A stretch of 64,000 nucleotides of DNA. It comes from Daphnia carinata. Lineage: Eukaryota. Location: positions 1,302,001 to 1,366,000 of the forward strand of contig NC_081333.1 in NCBI RefSeq assembly GCF_022539665.2, in the 5' to 3' direction. Below are positions 1 to 32,423 of this stretch, piece after piece. The notes under the pieces are model-generated. The model saw only the letters and a program-made list of their open reading frames with translations, did no database searches and was not told the origin of the DNA. Every line of letters begins with the position of its first letter. Position 1 is the first letter of the stretch. Made by a program: the position numbers and the translations under genes.

Positions 1-1705
1 AAAACAGCAAAACGACCTTCGTAGTCTTACTACGCGTATATCTACGCAACCTCCGGGCGAATACCATTGTGGTTTGTTGAAGGGAAAAAACAAACATTTG
101 GCATCCGATTATTGTCGTTTCCTTCAAGGAAACCGAACACAAGAACAAAAAAATTTCTGCCGTGGTAGTTAATCCAATTATTTCTCGTTTATAATTGTCT
201 ACGTGGAACTGTATCGCACTGTTGAGCATCTTTTTCCGAGTCCGACTTGAGGTCTAACTATCTTTTGTTTTCCTCTTTGCGGTGGGGTTCAAAAAAAAAA
301 AACGAGCCGAATGTCAGGCGGGGAGAACGACCCATCGTGAATGCATCAAAGACAATGAGCAGATGGATAGGAACGAAACACGAGCCTGGCTTCGTCGGGT
401 CTGTAAATCACGACGGAGGGATCGGACTCTCACGACGTCACGAGACTCCCTACTGAAGGAAAATCCTGTTATCTCAGGCCGAATTATTCTTGGCGGTAGC
501 GTTTGTGGAGAGATTTTTTTTTATTTTAAAAGAAGAAAGCAAAAGAAAAAAAAGAAAGGAAAACAAAAAATCCCACGTAGTGTTGGCTATGTTTTTCTCG
601 CGTAACTCTTACGCCTATAGTTGCTTAGACAAGACGCTCGGTTGGAAATAATTTTTTTTTTTGTTTAGCTCTCGGCTATAAGAACCGTGAGCTCACGCCG
701 GGCAGTACTCGCTGCTGTTCTTGGAGATGATGTCAAATTATAATAAGCTGTTAGACCGCTGAGGGGCACACGCTATAACTTGTCTAGTCTTCGTCACATT
801 GGTGGATACGAAATACGTTTTTTGCACGGATGAACACAGTAGGTGTGGCTTTCGATCTTCTTTAATAGTTTTTTGTTGTCACGAAAGTATTCACACCAAT
901 GTCCTGGAGCTAAGAGAATAAGCCAGGAGAAGGTCAAAACTATGGATGACCGTCAGCATCATTAACTTTCGCCAAAACGTGTGCAAGTCTACATTGTGTA
1001 AACAATAGGTACATGTATATGTACTCTAGTTCGTCCCACGAACCGGAGCAGATGGTGTAACCAAAGTTAAAACACAATAGATTACGATCAAACGGGTTTC
1101 TCCTTAGTTCAACGATCCTTTTCTCATATAATTTTGCATACTCATTCCCACTTTCGATGAGTTTTCTGGCCGATCGATTTACGTGCACTACAAGATTGTT
1201 AAGATGAGTGGATCGTGTAACATCAAAAATGTTTGTTTTGGTTTACAAAACGTGGCTCTTACCTGATGGACTGTTGGGTTGTGATTTGAAATTGAAGACG
1301 TTTGTGCACAAACGAAGCACTCGAACTGTTTGATTCGGATAACAGGAATAAACTGAATGGCCAACCCAATAATTGGGGAGAAACTGGTTCCCGTTATCTC
1401 CCGTTCAAATACACAAAAGAGAGCCAAGGCATGATTGGTGTATTGTGGGTTGGGTCGCTCAAAATGGAAAATGAAGCGAAACGTCCAAAAAAAACAACAA
1501 CAAAAGTTTCTATTTTTTACCGGAAGATGGACTTGAAGTAAATATCGATCAGCTGATTTCAATGTATTTTTTTTTTTAGTAGTCTCTCAAACTCTCAATG
1601 TCACGGATGTCAGAAACGCATCTTTGTCGCAATAAATTTACAGCTTGACGAGCTTTAATTTGCCGGTGATCACGTTGACTTTGATTCGTATATCCTCAAA
1701 GCTTT

Positions 1706-17908
<16,203 letters not shown>

Positions 17909-19602
17909 ACCACGGATAGTTTAGATCCACTGGGTTTGAGTCAATTGAAAGTCAAGAGTTCGCCTAGTGATAAAAAACTTAGTGTTTTTCGCGTTACCAA
18001 TATGTTGTGGAAAACTTCCATCTTGAGGAATGAATTCTTAACGAAGTAATAAGTATAGACGAAGTCTTCTCTTGCGATTGTATAATTTTCAATGTTTTAC
18101 GTCGACTTATCTGTCTTTTTTTTTGTCATTGATGCAGTGATTGTTGTGATGCTATAAGGTCTACACAACAATCGTAATGAATTTTTATTTGGGTATCGTT
18201 TATCCGTTTGAATTCGCGAATGATTGTAAGCGAATACAATATATTTTATAATTCAGTTTTTTTTTTAGTTCATGAAGTGATTTGCCTTTGAACTCGTATG
18301 GATGACTCGAACAGGTATTTCGTTTAGTTGAGTTTCTAATCATTTGTGCATCTGTTTGAGTTCTCTGTATGCAATTTGTTAGCCTTTTGGAACAAAGCTG
18401 AAAGCCAACTTTTAGATTGTACAATTCTTATGGGCTATTTCCTAATGGAAATACGTCCATAAATTAATTGTAAAACATTCATTTACTTCATTGAAAAGAT
18501 AGTAAATAATAACTGAAAAGGCAAATTGTTTTCGTTGGTTAGCAACTAAACTGTTTGTAAAACTAACGAATCGAAAGGAATAACTATTTCGAATTCAATG
18601 GAAAGTTATTTTTACATGTTTTATTTGGCCTGAAACGCGTTGCAGAGGTTCTCTTCATCCCGATCTTTGGTGGTAAGAAGAAAAACATTTATTAGGTAAT
18701 TTCCGGAATCAGCGGATCGAAATGGAGGAAAAAGTCGTAACAGTTCCACGTTAGTTTTTTTCTTTTACTATTTTATTTCTATTTTAGTTTCTTTTCCTTG
18801 TTTCTTCATTTATTCCGCAACGGATATTGACTCATCATTAGAACAGTTATTTCCTAAATTAAATTGAAATTTGCATTATCTTATTTTTTTTTTTTAATTA
18901 GGAACTGGACATTTCATGGGCCTTCTTCTGAACAACCTGGTCCATGGTTGATTATTCAAATGAAGACAAACACGCGAAAAACTCGTATCCATTTTGATTA
19001 AAGTCTCAGCAGTTACTGAATTGATGACTTCCTCATGTCGTGAATCGCCATCAGGTATTTTAGGAACCACTTTTTAAAAGCTTCAGTAAGAGTTTATTTT
19101 TACATTGTTGGATATCCGCAAAAATATGCTCAATTGTGGTAAAAAAATAATGGAACTGAGTTTGTGGTTCGCCCCGGGAGTTCTTTCCTTGCCCAACATT
19201 ACAGAACTATAGTAGCAACATAATAATGTTTTCTTTTCGCAGGATATTGACAACAAAGAGCGTTTAAAGACTTCCTGTTTAAGATTTTTTTTTTGTATTC
19301 AGCACAGAACATCAAAGATCCTTTCATTATGTACAGCTTTTTTAGCATTACGGTTGTGGTTCTAGTAAATAAGGAATCGAGAACACGCTTGAACTGGATT
19401 TGTTTCTTTTTTTCCTGGTCGTCCTTCTGTTTGTTTGAGATGTGCGGGGAATGATAAATAGTAGATTGGGAATTATTCGGCGCTTCGGTTGATTGACCAA
19501 CGTTGCGCTGTCGTCACAACAGAACTCCATCGCAGATGGAATTCTCTTGAAAGGATGTTGTTTTGTTTTTTTTCAAAGTCGTAGTAGATATACAATGTAA
19601 GA

Positions 19603-20721
19603 TCAATTTAAACCGGGGAGGACTTCGGAGAGGGAGGACTCCTGCTGACCAGCCAGGCGAGCGTATTTTGGACGACATACACAACCGTTTTCAACAAGGA
19701 CGTAGTCTTGTCCGGTCAACGTCACGGGGCCTAGCGGAATGACCAGGAACAAATAAGGGACGTAGGTTTGGACGCACTCGCCGTGCACGACGTCACACTC
19801 GGTTGAACTGCATAGGTGAGGATAAAGAACGCATTAATAAAAGCACTCATCCGTGTATCGTCTTCAATAAAATGCAAGTGTGTTTGTACTCACTCGCAAA
19901 CCTCGAAGATGACTTGCTGAAGAAGGTCTGGGAATTTCTGGACGATGGTGACAGGCTGGCCGGAAGTCAATGAAACACCGTATAACGGCGCCGTAGTATT
20001 GTACCGCGTCTTGCACAGCCGACTACCGGGAGTTGAACAGCCGGTAGGGCCGGCACGCTGTTGCGATTGTGGCAGATCAAACACGTTCCTTGCTGTTTAC
20101 CACCGTAATGGTTATTTCTCCGTTTAATAATAATAATAATAAAAAATTTATCTTTTCATTTTTAGTTCGATTACCTTGGCGTTGTAACAGCTGACTGGAG
20201 TCGTGGCCGTAGTTGGCAGCTTCGTGAAATTTGAGCAACGTCTTTTGCGTTTCGGCGGGATCGACCAAACGCGATGCCCGACCTCGTCGGTCTGATTTGA
20301 ACATGCGTTCAATGGCAGATCTGTGAAATTGATAGGTTGAGTATATCTTTATGACAATTCGTTCATTGGTTTAATTATTCTGATGATTCTGTTATCTGAA
20401 TTTTTTAGAATTTTCTACCGGTGAGTTCCAGTCGTCTGAAAATGCCTTGAATTTCAGTCACGAACGCGACAGTTCAAGGGCATTCATGGCGAATATGTTG
20501 AGTTGCGCAACGTTTGGCTACTGAATGTCAAATTTCCTGAATTCTAAATGCACTCACGTGGGATAAGGCGTATTTTCCGGTCCAAGACATGAGGTCAATC
20601 CCGATAGAGCGTCGCCATTGAGGTATTTTAAGCCGGCACCTTGACACGAGCTTAGCTCGCTGTGGACCAGGCCCGAGAGACACGTTAAGCTGAAAATTGC
20701 CAAGTAGACAACAATTGCCAT
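19603..20721 (-). CDS. Spaetzle-like secreted cystine-knot protein (4 coding exons)
   Basis: Signal peptide MAIVVYLAIFSLTCLSGLVHS; prodomain containing RRGR; C-terminal LCKTRY...IVQ...QQVIFEVCDSTEC...GECVQTY...DYVLVENGCVC, matching the Spaetzle/NGF-like knot pattern. Exons join in phase. Confidence 0.75.
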
Positions 20722-23700
20722 ATCTGAAACTGTGAGAGGGGAAAGAAAAAAGATTATTACGGATTTGATGTGGTAATCAACGCCCATGCACAAATGTATA
20801 GTAGGGTACAGGGTATGTAGGTAAAGGGATAACTAGGTAGCCTCTAATTGGGAAATGAGAGCTTCTTCTAACAAGTAACGGGCATGTCCAAGGTTAAAAT
20901 CTGATGCTGCAGAGAAGGGTGATGGTTCATGGAAGTTGGTCAGGTAACGGAACACGCGTCTGTGGCATGCAGCAATAAAACCGAAGGGTCATTTTATGTC
21001 GGGCTATTCCACGAAAACTGGTTCTTTGTCGAGGAGTTGCTCAAGCGGCTTCCGCCTGATGTCATTTGCTATGACAGATTCGACGTTGGGAAAGGACGCA
21101 TTCCTACCCAACTTACGCGTACCCTTACCAATTAATGTGTTGTTTATAATGTTTAGCCGGTTTAAACTATTTGAAAAAAAAAAAAAAACGTCTATAGAAA
21201 GGATGAGATACCGTTAAACATTCATCAATTGTTAAGGAATAAGATCGTCGTTGAATGGAGAATCAACGGAGTTCGTTGGTTTCCTTCTTCCTGGTTTAAA
21301 CTTTTTTTTTCCCCCTATTCCGCCAAGATTTTTTAAAAATTCAGAGAGGGTCAAGAACCAAGAGGTCAATGTCACAGTTGACATGCGTTCTTTTCTCTCA
21401 GTGATCTTTGTTCAGTGTTGTTTGCTAGGCCTCCAAGAAACCAGGAAATCAAGTCTTTAAGAAATCGCCCTCTTCCTACCCGTCGTGTAAATTTAAATTG
21501 GTCTTTAAAATTTTGTTTAAAGTTGAATCTAATGATAACACCATGCAGCACACAATTGGATAAACTGTAGATATATTTTCTTACCTTTAAAATGTCTGTT
21601 GTCTATAATATTTGGAAGCTGGGCTAGAAGATGAACGGTAAACACTTGACTCAAGGCTGGACGATCATCCAGTTTCCAAATATTAAAAAGATTAACGCGC
21701 GTTCAACACGACAAGAGTAGCATATCTGATTTTTGCGGTCAATCAAAATGTCTTGAGATTAACGTTTTATCTTCTTTTTTTCTTTTTAAATACTTTTATT
21801 CTGGTTAGTTGTTTGGTCGACGCTGCACCGTCAAGAACTGAGCGCCAGGTAAGTCCCTGCCGGCAGGTTTTAACTTCCCTCTTCTTCAGCTCTGGTATTC
21901 GTTCTCTCTCTTTGTCTTGGATTCGTAAAAAAAAAAGAGACAGGTTTTCTTATAGTCGGTAGGGAGAGAGGGGAAGGGGGGGGGCTGAATGCGGATACTT
22001 GGCTTTTTTAGGCGGATTCACACCGCTTCAAGTCCTTTTCCTTTTGTTAAAACTATTCAACGTCGATTTCCATTTTGCCCTTGGGGTCGATTACCTGGCT
22101 CATACCCCAAGATTGGCTAAATGTTTCAGCTGTTTCTGATAGTTTATTTAACCCAAACTTGTCTAGCAAGGTTGTACGTACAATTCCTCGAAATGTGAAG
22201 TTCATTAGCAACTTTTAACGACTGTCGCGATAGTCCAACGTTACGACTCGTTTTCGTGGAATTCGGAAGAAGCATAGAATTCATGCTTTAAATGAACTGT
22301 CAGGGATCTACGAGATAGAAAACCGGATGTTGAGACTACAACTGTATCATCTCCTTGCCTGTTGAACTAGACGCTCCATTATAGTGCATAGTTGTTTTAA
22401 TGGCAGCTAATAGAATACGCCCTCAAAAAATATTGCTCGCGATTCAGTTGTGTGACTTACATATTTTCTGCGAAAATAGGTTGGAGACATTGTGGATGTA
22501 TACTATTTATCTATCGAAAGCGAAAATTGGACTAGAAATTCTCATACTCGCGCTAAAATTTGTAATCGGAGAACTGTTTATCTACCAACGTATGCATCTT
22601 TCATGCTGCTACCTAATTTACTTTGTGTGTGTTCTCCAACATGTAGTAGGTTAATGTTAATAATTATTTTTTTAAGTTTGCGACATTACGGATTGACGTC
22701 ATCCTCGAGAATGTTGGGAATTCTTTTATTGTGGCGATCAAAAAATGAATCATTGACCTCAACTCGTTTCGTTTCCGCACACAAAACAAGTGCCGTCGTG
22801 AATGCCCAATATCCCGGTTATTATACGACCTTGTATTTTGTGGTAAAAACAACTGAGTTGATTGATACACAAACAGCGCTATGGCATAGTGCGTTTGCCG
22901 TCGGCAGTTGGGGATGAAGAACGTTGACCCCAATGGATATTGAGTTTCGATTTCGGATATCGGCTTTTGACCTGGATGACCTTGCATTTTATCGATTCCC
23001 TGGCTAGATGACGCGTTAAATGGTAACTAATGAATCTAACTCGGAGGATTCTTTTTTTTGTGCTGATAATGTACGAGAAAAATACAGCTTATCATTTTGT
23101 GAAAGTGATAAATATATTTGGGCAGTTTCTTTTTCCTTCACACCTGTTTAAACTTACCTCTCTTGGGTGTTTTGCCGCCTTAACACTAGGCAGCTGATAG
23201 TGCAATTTTACTAGTTTTTTTCGATCGTCTTAGCAGCGAGTAGTTTGATGGTTATAACCTAGATTTTCAGGCATGTATTATTATCTTTGATATGAACAAC
23301 GATAATCCAAAAGACGAAAACATTGTGAAATGTATTTCCACTGACTCAGTTTCATTCTTACGTCATTGTTATTACCCTTACACAGAGTTGCCTTCGAATT
23401 TTGTATAGTTAATTTATGATTCTAACAACATTTAACCGTTATAAATTCTAGAACTTATTCTCTAAGTCTGTCGCTGGTAATTCATTTATGTAATACCAGT
23501 AGTATTTTTACTATTTTACGTATTTTACGTAAGCAACCAAAATATTATTGGATTGAATATTTATTTAAAAAACCGGCAACCCTGCTGTGTGGTAGTTGTA
23601 TAAAGAAGTGAAGACAAATCTGATTCTTCATTTACGTCGCAGTTTTTGTCACGACCTCAATTGGAGAAGCAGTAATTTGGTTAACATTATACTACTGGTA

Positions 23701-24004
23701 AATACGACAGCTTAAAATTTGTTGTATCACTTAAGTCAGTAGTCTTAAGGTTTGTGATTGACACATTGGGGGAGGGGGTTCTTCAATCTATGTATGACAG
23801 TATGTAGCATGTAAATCGCTCTTTATTTTTAAAAGTTTGTTTTGTTTAAACGCTATATTAAACAGGGATTAATAGTAGAATAGACATTATTCTGAATTTA
23901 CATATTCTTAGAGAAAATGTATAATTTTTATTAACTCTTGCTATTAATTTTTTTCCATTTACATAAATTATCTCTTTGTTTCCAGACCTGTGATAATATA
24001 CATA

Positions 24005-25318
<1,314 letters not shown>

Positions 25319-26458
25319 GAAGCTAGCGGAGGATATGCTCAACGTATGGTTTTTCACATTGTCTTCATCCATCCTGTTCCCCTCGAATTCGTTTTAAACC
25401 AAATTTTTTTACCATTTCCCTCGGCATTCTTGAAATGAAGATGATTATTTTCTGAAGAAAACCTTGAACCTGTATGAATAAATTCCTTGACGGATAATTG
25501 CGTGTCGCATTTGTATAGTTATGGACATGCTGTTTGTTCTACCAGCTTGAGATTGGTTCTTGACACGAACGGTTGAAATGTTTTCTAGCGCTGCTGGTTG
25601 GTAGTAAGTAATCGGCTATAAATCGGAGTAAGCAGAGATTACAAAATTTTAGTTCTATGTACGTTCGTTCAGGACTAATCGTAATCTAGAAACGTTTGCG
25701 TTGGCAACACTGATTTCAACAAACGAGAATAAAGTTGTATATTTATACGAGTATGGAGTCTCTTAAGTTCAAAATCTGATTCTAATAACAAAAGCGTTAA
25801 AACCATAGAAATTCTGAGAACTGGGATAATGGTCAATACACCGAAAAATGCCAAAATCCCTAGGTAGCACATTTCGCCACAAAGCATTCCTAGAAAAGAG
25901 GAAGGTTCGAAGGCTCTAGTTCTCTCCATTAATAGCTAAAGTGTAGCCCCAAAGGAAAACGTGGTTATGTTGTCACGTAGCTGGCTGATTTTTATTTCAA
26001 TTCTCTAGAATTGATGAGAAAAGTTGTGCTTTATTTCATCATAAAAAAAAATGAAAAATACATTCGCTGGCTCTCTAGCAGGCGCAGCACGATCTCCAGA
26101 TTATCATCTATACTTTATGTCCCCCTAATGCAAAGAATCAAAATTTGTTTTCATATAATTGTATGTAATTTTGATTTTTCTTTATAACAAACACATGAAA
26201 CTGAAGTAAAAGAATATCATTTATTGGCATTATTGTTAGATGGAAGAACAAAATTAGAAATTATTCTGTTGGCAAGGGGTATACCAAAGCAAAAGAGCAG
26301 TGGCTGTTACGGAGACACCTTACTGCAGTAGATCAGCCGTTGCAAGTTCAGCAGACAGGAAACTATCCATTTTTGACACAGAAGCAGATGCAGATCCGAT
26401 AGTGACGTGGAAGACTTCTAAGGAACCGGCCTATTATATTGTTTCAATTTAGTTTAAA

Positions 26459-29400
26459 ATGATGGGAATGAAGCGTGATAAAAAAGACGAAGAGGACGGT
26501 ACGTTGTGAAATCTAGAATTTTTTCTTACAGATAGAACGAGCTCCTTAACTTTCATGAATCTACTAGTTATAAGAACTGGCTGTGTATTATTTAGTTTCA
26601 TAATGTGCCGTTCTCAATTAAAGAATGTTTGATATGTTTGTGTCAATGTGTTAAATAGCTAGTGGAGGAAATCCTTTTCATAATGTGGAAAAAACTGCTG
26701 TTCTGCAAGAAGCAAGAATTTTCAATGAAACACCTGTGAAAGCAAGAAGATGTACTCATGTCTTAACCAAGATACTTTACCTCATAAACCAGGTAAGAAA
26801 CAGATAACTTAAGTCTATAGTACTACTTATATTCTACCACATTTTTACAGGGTGAAGTACTTGGAACAACTGAAGCAACAGAGGCGTTCTTTGCTATGAC
26901 AAAGCTTTTCCAATCTAAAGATGTTGTTTTGCGTCGAATGGTCTACCTTGGCATCAAAGAGCTGGCAATGATAGCTGAGGATGTTATTATTGTTACATCA
27001 AGCTTAACTAAAGATATGACAGGAAAAGAAGATACTTACCGTGCACCAGCAATTCGTGCCTTAACAGCTATCACTGATGTAAAGACACTAATGTTAATTA
27101 ACAATGCACAATTGCTAGGACATATTTTGACTAGTTTTTTTTTTTTAGAACACAATGCTTCAAGCCATTGAGCGGTACATGAAACAAGCCATCGTTGACA
27201 AATCCCCAGCCGTGAGCAGCGCAGCATTAGTTAGCAGTCTTCATCTTTTCAAAACAGCACCGGAAGTCATTAAGCGTTGGGTAAACGAAGCCCAAGAAGC
27301 CCTGAATTCCGACAAGTAGGTTGCACGCATACATCGCTTCTAAAGCATTTTTTTTTTATCGTTTTCGTCTTCCATTTCAGTGTCATGGTTCAGTACCATG
27401 GGTTGGGGCTTCTCTATCAAATCCGTAAGACCGATCGTTTGGGCGTTACAAAGCTAGTGGCTAAGCTAACAAAAATGCCACTGAAATCACCTTATGCAGC
27501 TTGCCATTTGGTACTTTCATTATTAACATTAAGTATTTTAGCAAATTGTGGTATCTTACATATCTTGTGACAGATTCGCATGGTTTGCAAACTTATCGAA
27601 GAAGAGGAAAGCGCTGGTGGAGAAGTAACGGCTTTGATGGATTATCTCGAATCGTGTCTACGACACAAATCTGAAATGGTTATCTACGAAGCGGCCCACG
27701 CAATTGTAAACCTTCGTCGGACCGGCCCACGTGAATTAGCTCCGGCCATCTCGGTGTTACAGCTCTTTTGCTCGTCCCCTAAGCCGGCGTTGCGTTTTGC
27801 TGCCGTACGGACGCTATCAAATGTATGTGTTGATTGATCGACGTTTGAATTTTGGTTTTTTACTATTTGTTTTCATTCTGGAATTTAACTTTCGTAGGTC
27901 GCAATGACGCACCCTGCTGCTGTCACAGCATGCAACTTAGATTTGGAGAACCTTATCACGGATTCAAATCGTTCAATTGCCACTTTGGCCATTACGACTT
28001 TGTTGAAAACTGGAGGAGAAGCATCAGTTGATAGGCTGATGAAACAGATTGCCTCGTTTGTCTCCGAAATTTCTGACGAATTTAAGGTTCATTTACTTTT
28101 GTTTCTAAACATATATGTTAATTTCAACGATTTTTACTGTCAAAATAGGTGGTTGTTGTAGAAGCCATAAGATCTCTAGGCTTGAAGTACCCGCGCAAGC
28201 ATAGTACGCTGATGAGCTTTTTGTCTGGAATGCTGCGTGACGAGGGTGGACTGGAGTACAAAGCCTCGATTGCTGACACCATTATCGCCATCGTAGAAGA
28301 CAATCCGGATGCCAAAGAGGCCGGCCTAACCCATCTATGTGAATTTATTGAAGATTGTGAACATACAAGTCTGGCCGTACGCATTCTTCATCTACTTGGT
28401 CGAGAGGGGCCGCGTACTAAGCAGCCTTCTAAATACATTCGATTCATCTATAATCGTGTCATCTTGGAAAACGCTGCTGTCAGGGCAGCTGCCGTTTCAG
28501 CTCTGGCTCACTTTGGTGCCACTTGTGAGGATTTGTTGCCCAATATTTTAGTGCTTCTTCAACGAAGCCAAATGGATACAGATGATGAAGTGCGCGACCG
28601 AGCCACTTACTTTTACTCTGTTCTTTCCCGCAAACAAGCGGCTCTCAACAGCCAATACATATTGGAAGGACTTCAGGTATATATTTAATCTTAAAGATAA
28701 TGGAAACAAATTATTTCTTAACGAGAATAATTTTTCTAATTTGTCTTCAAAGGCTTCTCTTGTGACGCTTGAAAAAGCTTTACTGAATTATGTCCAACAC
28801 CCATCGGAGGCACCATTCGACCTCAAATCAGTTCCACTGGCACCAGTAATCGAAGAACGACATGTTGCCCCTACTGGGCAGTTAGATGGCGGAGGTTCAC
28901 GAGCGACGCCTGCCAGTGTCACTGCTCCGACGGCTGCTCGTCTGCCAGCCACTGCTACTCGCCAAGATGTCTACATTGAGAAGCTTAGCGCCATTCCACA
29001 GTTTGATTCGTATGGACCGCTATTTAAGAGCTCTGCCCCAGCTGAGTTGACGGAATCGGAAACCGAATATGTTGTACGTTGCGTAAAGCATACTTACGCT
29101 CAGCATATGGTTCTGCAGGTGCAGTAGATATGTAATGACACTATTTTTTATGAATATGTTAATCTTAAAATCTTCCTTTTTCCAGTTTGATTGCACGAAC
29201 ACCCTAAATGACCAGCTACTGGAAAACGTAAATGTTGCGGTTGAGGCACCAGAAGGCTTTGATATTCTCGTGTCCATTCCATGTGACAAATTGGAGTATA
29301 ATGTCCTAAGTTCTTGCTACGTGGCTTTGTCTCTTCCCGAATCAGTCCTCTCCAGTACAGGTATGTTTCCATTTCTAAGTTAACATAACATAAAACAAAC

Positions 29401-30144
29401 GACCAAATTAAAGCAGAAAAAGAAAAGATGCAACCAACTTCGAAATAGCAAACGACGAGCAAACAAATGAAAAAATGAAGGACCATCGTCTACTTGCCCA
29501 TTCATTCATTTATTATTAAACACCCTTACAGGAACTTGCAGTGCCACGTTGAAATTTACGGTTAAAGATTGTGATCCAACTACAGGCCAACCGGATTCGG
29601 ATGACGGTTACGAGGATGACTACGTTGTAAGAATCGCATTAAATTATTATAATTAATTTAGTACCATTACTAATCTCCGAATTTCGTTTTTAGCTGGAAG
29701 ATGTTGAGATTGGAGTTTCTGATCACATTCAGCGAGCTGCTAAAGCTTCATTTGGCACGGCATGGGAAGAAATGGGTTCTACCAATGAATTGCAGGAAAC
29801 TTTCTCGTTACCTGCTATCCGCACATTGGACGAGGCTGTCCGCAATATCATATCGTTCCTTGGCTTGCAGCCTTGCGAGTGGTCAGACAAAGTGCCCGAA
29901 GGGAAGAGTGCCCATACACTGCTACTTTCAGGTACAACACATAGTTCTATTGGCGACAAAATATTGCCATTGTAAAGAATAGGCTAATGGAAAGTTGTTC
30001 GTTGTAGGAGTTTTTCGTGGTGGATATGAGGTACTAGTAAGATCTAAACTAGCCCTTTCGCCAGAAGGAGGTGTCACTATGCAGTTGTCCGTACGGTCTG
30101 GGGATGCGGAGGTATCCGAGTTGGTAGCTTCCGCCGTGGGTTAA
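26459..30144 (+). CDS. COPG: Coatomer subunit gamma
   Basis: [10 protein letters not shown] start, [66 protein letters not shown]; ends LVASAVG*. Confidence 0.97.
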
Positions 30145-30949
30145 AAATTCGTCGAGGGCGTTTTATACTTTATCCAGTTATTCCCATTTCTTACTTATGG
30201 AATAGATTGGTCAATAAACTGCAGTTAGCCTATTGTTCCACTCGCTTTTCGATCGTGTGTTCCTCTGGTGAACTTTTTTTTTTCTGATTCCTGACTGTTT
30301 CTGACTTCTCTTTTTCTCCCCGTTGACATTCTCTTTGACCCATTTTAAAATAATAGTACCATCTAGCATTCAAAGGTAACAACCGAAGATGGATTTGAGT
30401 AGACATCGCCCCACAAGAAGGAGTCTCCTTAGCACTATATATGTAGGTTGATTCGAATTTTATACCCATTTCGATTGCTAGACAACAGGCAATGGCGACG
30501 CGGATTATGCATGCGACTGATACGGAACAGACCAATTGCTTCAATAGCTTTAGTCAGGTGTAACAATGAATTTGTTCTTTGTTTTAACGACTTCTACGTA
30601 GTAACGGCGTATTCCCGGAGCAGTTCTTTTTATAGCGTTTCCGTTCACTTTGCAGAAATCCTACTTGGTTATTACTGAAACCTATGGTTGAACTTGACTG
30701 TAATTTTGGACATTGTTGTAGTAGTAAATTTCTACAGTAGATAACTATTTTTTAGAAATTGGTAGGAAAATAGATTTTATCATTAGTGAAAACCATTATT
30801 CTTTAACAATTACTAATTCATCAGTAATCACGGATCATTTATTGGCAGAACTAATAATGGGATTGAATGCGGCACAGTTAAAGGATGTAGCAGCGTCTAA
30901 CTGACAGTGTGAAAAATTTGGACAGAAGATTGTAGAAACTAAAATCAGC

Positions 30950-31268
30950 GTAGCGCACAGGCGCGCTTGCATTGTCAGGCTTATTTAGTCGGGCTTAAAA
31001 TTTTTTTCGGCAAAAACTGACACCCATCGGAATTGGTTGAATATCACAGAATATACTCAAAATTGAATGCTGATTCCGGGAAAATTGCTATTTTTTTCAT
31101 TAAATTAATCGTTTTTGAAATACACCGAATATTTAATGCAATGCTAACGCGCCGGTACGCTACAGCGCTAGGGCGATGCCGCAGAAATTCGGGCTTATTT
31201 ATCAGTCGGGTTTTTAAAAAATTTCGGCAAAAACTGCAATGCTAGCGCGCCAGTACGCTACAGCGCTG
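30950..31268. mobile_element. Degenerate MITE-like repeat with 25-bp imperfect inverted repeats and an internal duplication
   Basis: GTAGCGCACAGGCGCGCTTGCATTG (30950-30974) matches the reverse complement of 31237-31261 at 22/25 positions. A second copy of that arm lies at 31139-31163. A ~42-bp block (GGCTTATTTA...TTTCGGCAAAAACTG) is repeated at ~30978 and ~31192. Confidence 0.5.
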
Positions 31269-32320
31269 TTCCTGGTATGCTTCATAGTTATAAAACATCT
31301 AGCGTCGAAATTCTCAACTGCTATGATGAGACATCTAGGGGTCACCAGCTGCTTTCCAATTCTATACTACTGTCAGCAGTAGTATTTCGCGTGGCGTCGT
31401 CGAGGAAGGAGGGTGAAATGGACGTCCAGTTCCTTCTCTGCACAATTCCAGTATCTTGAAGCATGGTTTTAACGTAGATTTTTTTCTCATTTCTTTACAA
31501 TGATAACCTAACACATCGTAGCTAATTCATACAAAGTTCTCAGGTAACAGGGCATTATTAATGTGAAAGAAACATCATACAATCTTCAAAACAAAAAAAT
31601 TTAAAGCAGCATGGCTTAATTTTTGTGTGACCACCAGCCTTCATATTAAGCAGCTGTAAGTAAAAGGTACCTAACTTTGCTAGATATTTGTTGCTTCGTA
31701 AGATAGTTGCCAATCTAATTGTCATCATTCCTAGGTCTCGAAAGGGGTGTTCACAACTTGTCGTGAAAAGTGTTAGTTTTGTACTTCGAGAGTACTACGA
31801 GTTCTCCAAGACTTACATAATTTGCTGTGTTGGCAGTGGGATCAACCCATGATAGGAAGGAACATCACCTGAATTATGGTTTCGATGTAAAATATAATTT
31901 ATCAAGTATCATTGTTGTGTTTGTGATTCATTACCTACTTCTAATGAGCCATAGGGAAATTGAACTGAAATTGGTTAAACTGCTTTGCAGTAATGCTAAG
32001 CTAAGTTATCTTATGCTGGCAAAGAGTCACTTTTCCTTTTGCTTGATGCAAAGGAATTGTTTGACAGATGGAAAAGAAAGACGAATTCTAAAAGTTTTCA
32101 TTGTAAATATTCTTTGGTGTTCAAGTAAATGTTTGCCTGATAGTGAAATGGTGTTGAAAAAAACTGTCAATAGTCAGTATTGAGTGAAATAGGTTTGTAG
32201 CACGAGTATTATAAGTTTGATATAATTATGGTAGGACAAAATAAAATAAACGTGAAAAATTAAATTATAAGTCAATTCTTTTTATTGTCCCTCCTCCACC
32301 CATCAATTCCGCCACTGTTT

Positions 32321-32414
32321 TACATACAACATAATACATAAATAGACATACATAAATACATACATAAATAGACATACATAAATACATACATAAATACACA
32401 TACACATACACATA
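32321..32414. repeat. Degenerate (ACAT/AAAT)n microsatellite
   Basis: tacatacaacataatacataaatagacatacataaatacatacata... Confidence 0.9.
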
Positions 32415-32423
32415 ACTAGTTAA

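Noticed and set aside
22000..23600. Short ORFs between the Spaetzle-like gene and cathepsin L
   Set aside because: No recognisable domains or consistent splice structure; treated as intergenic or regulatory.
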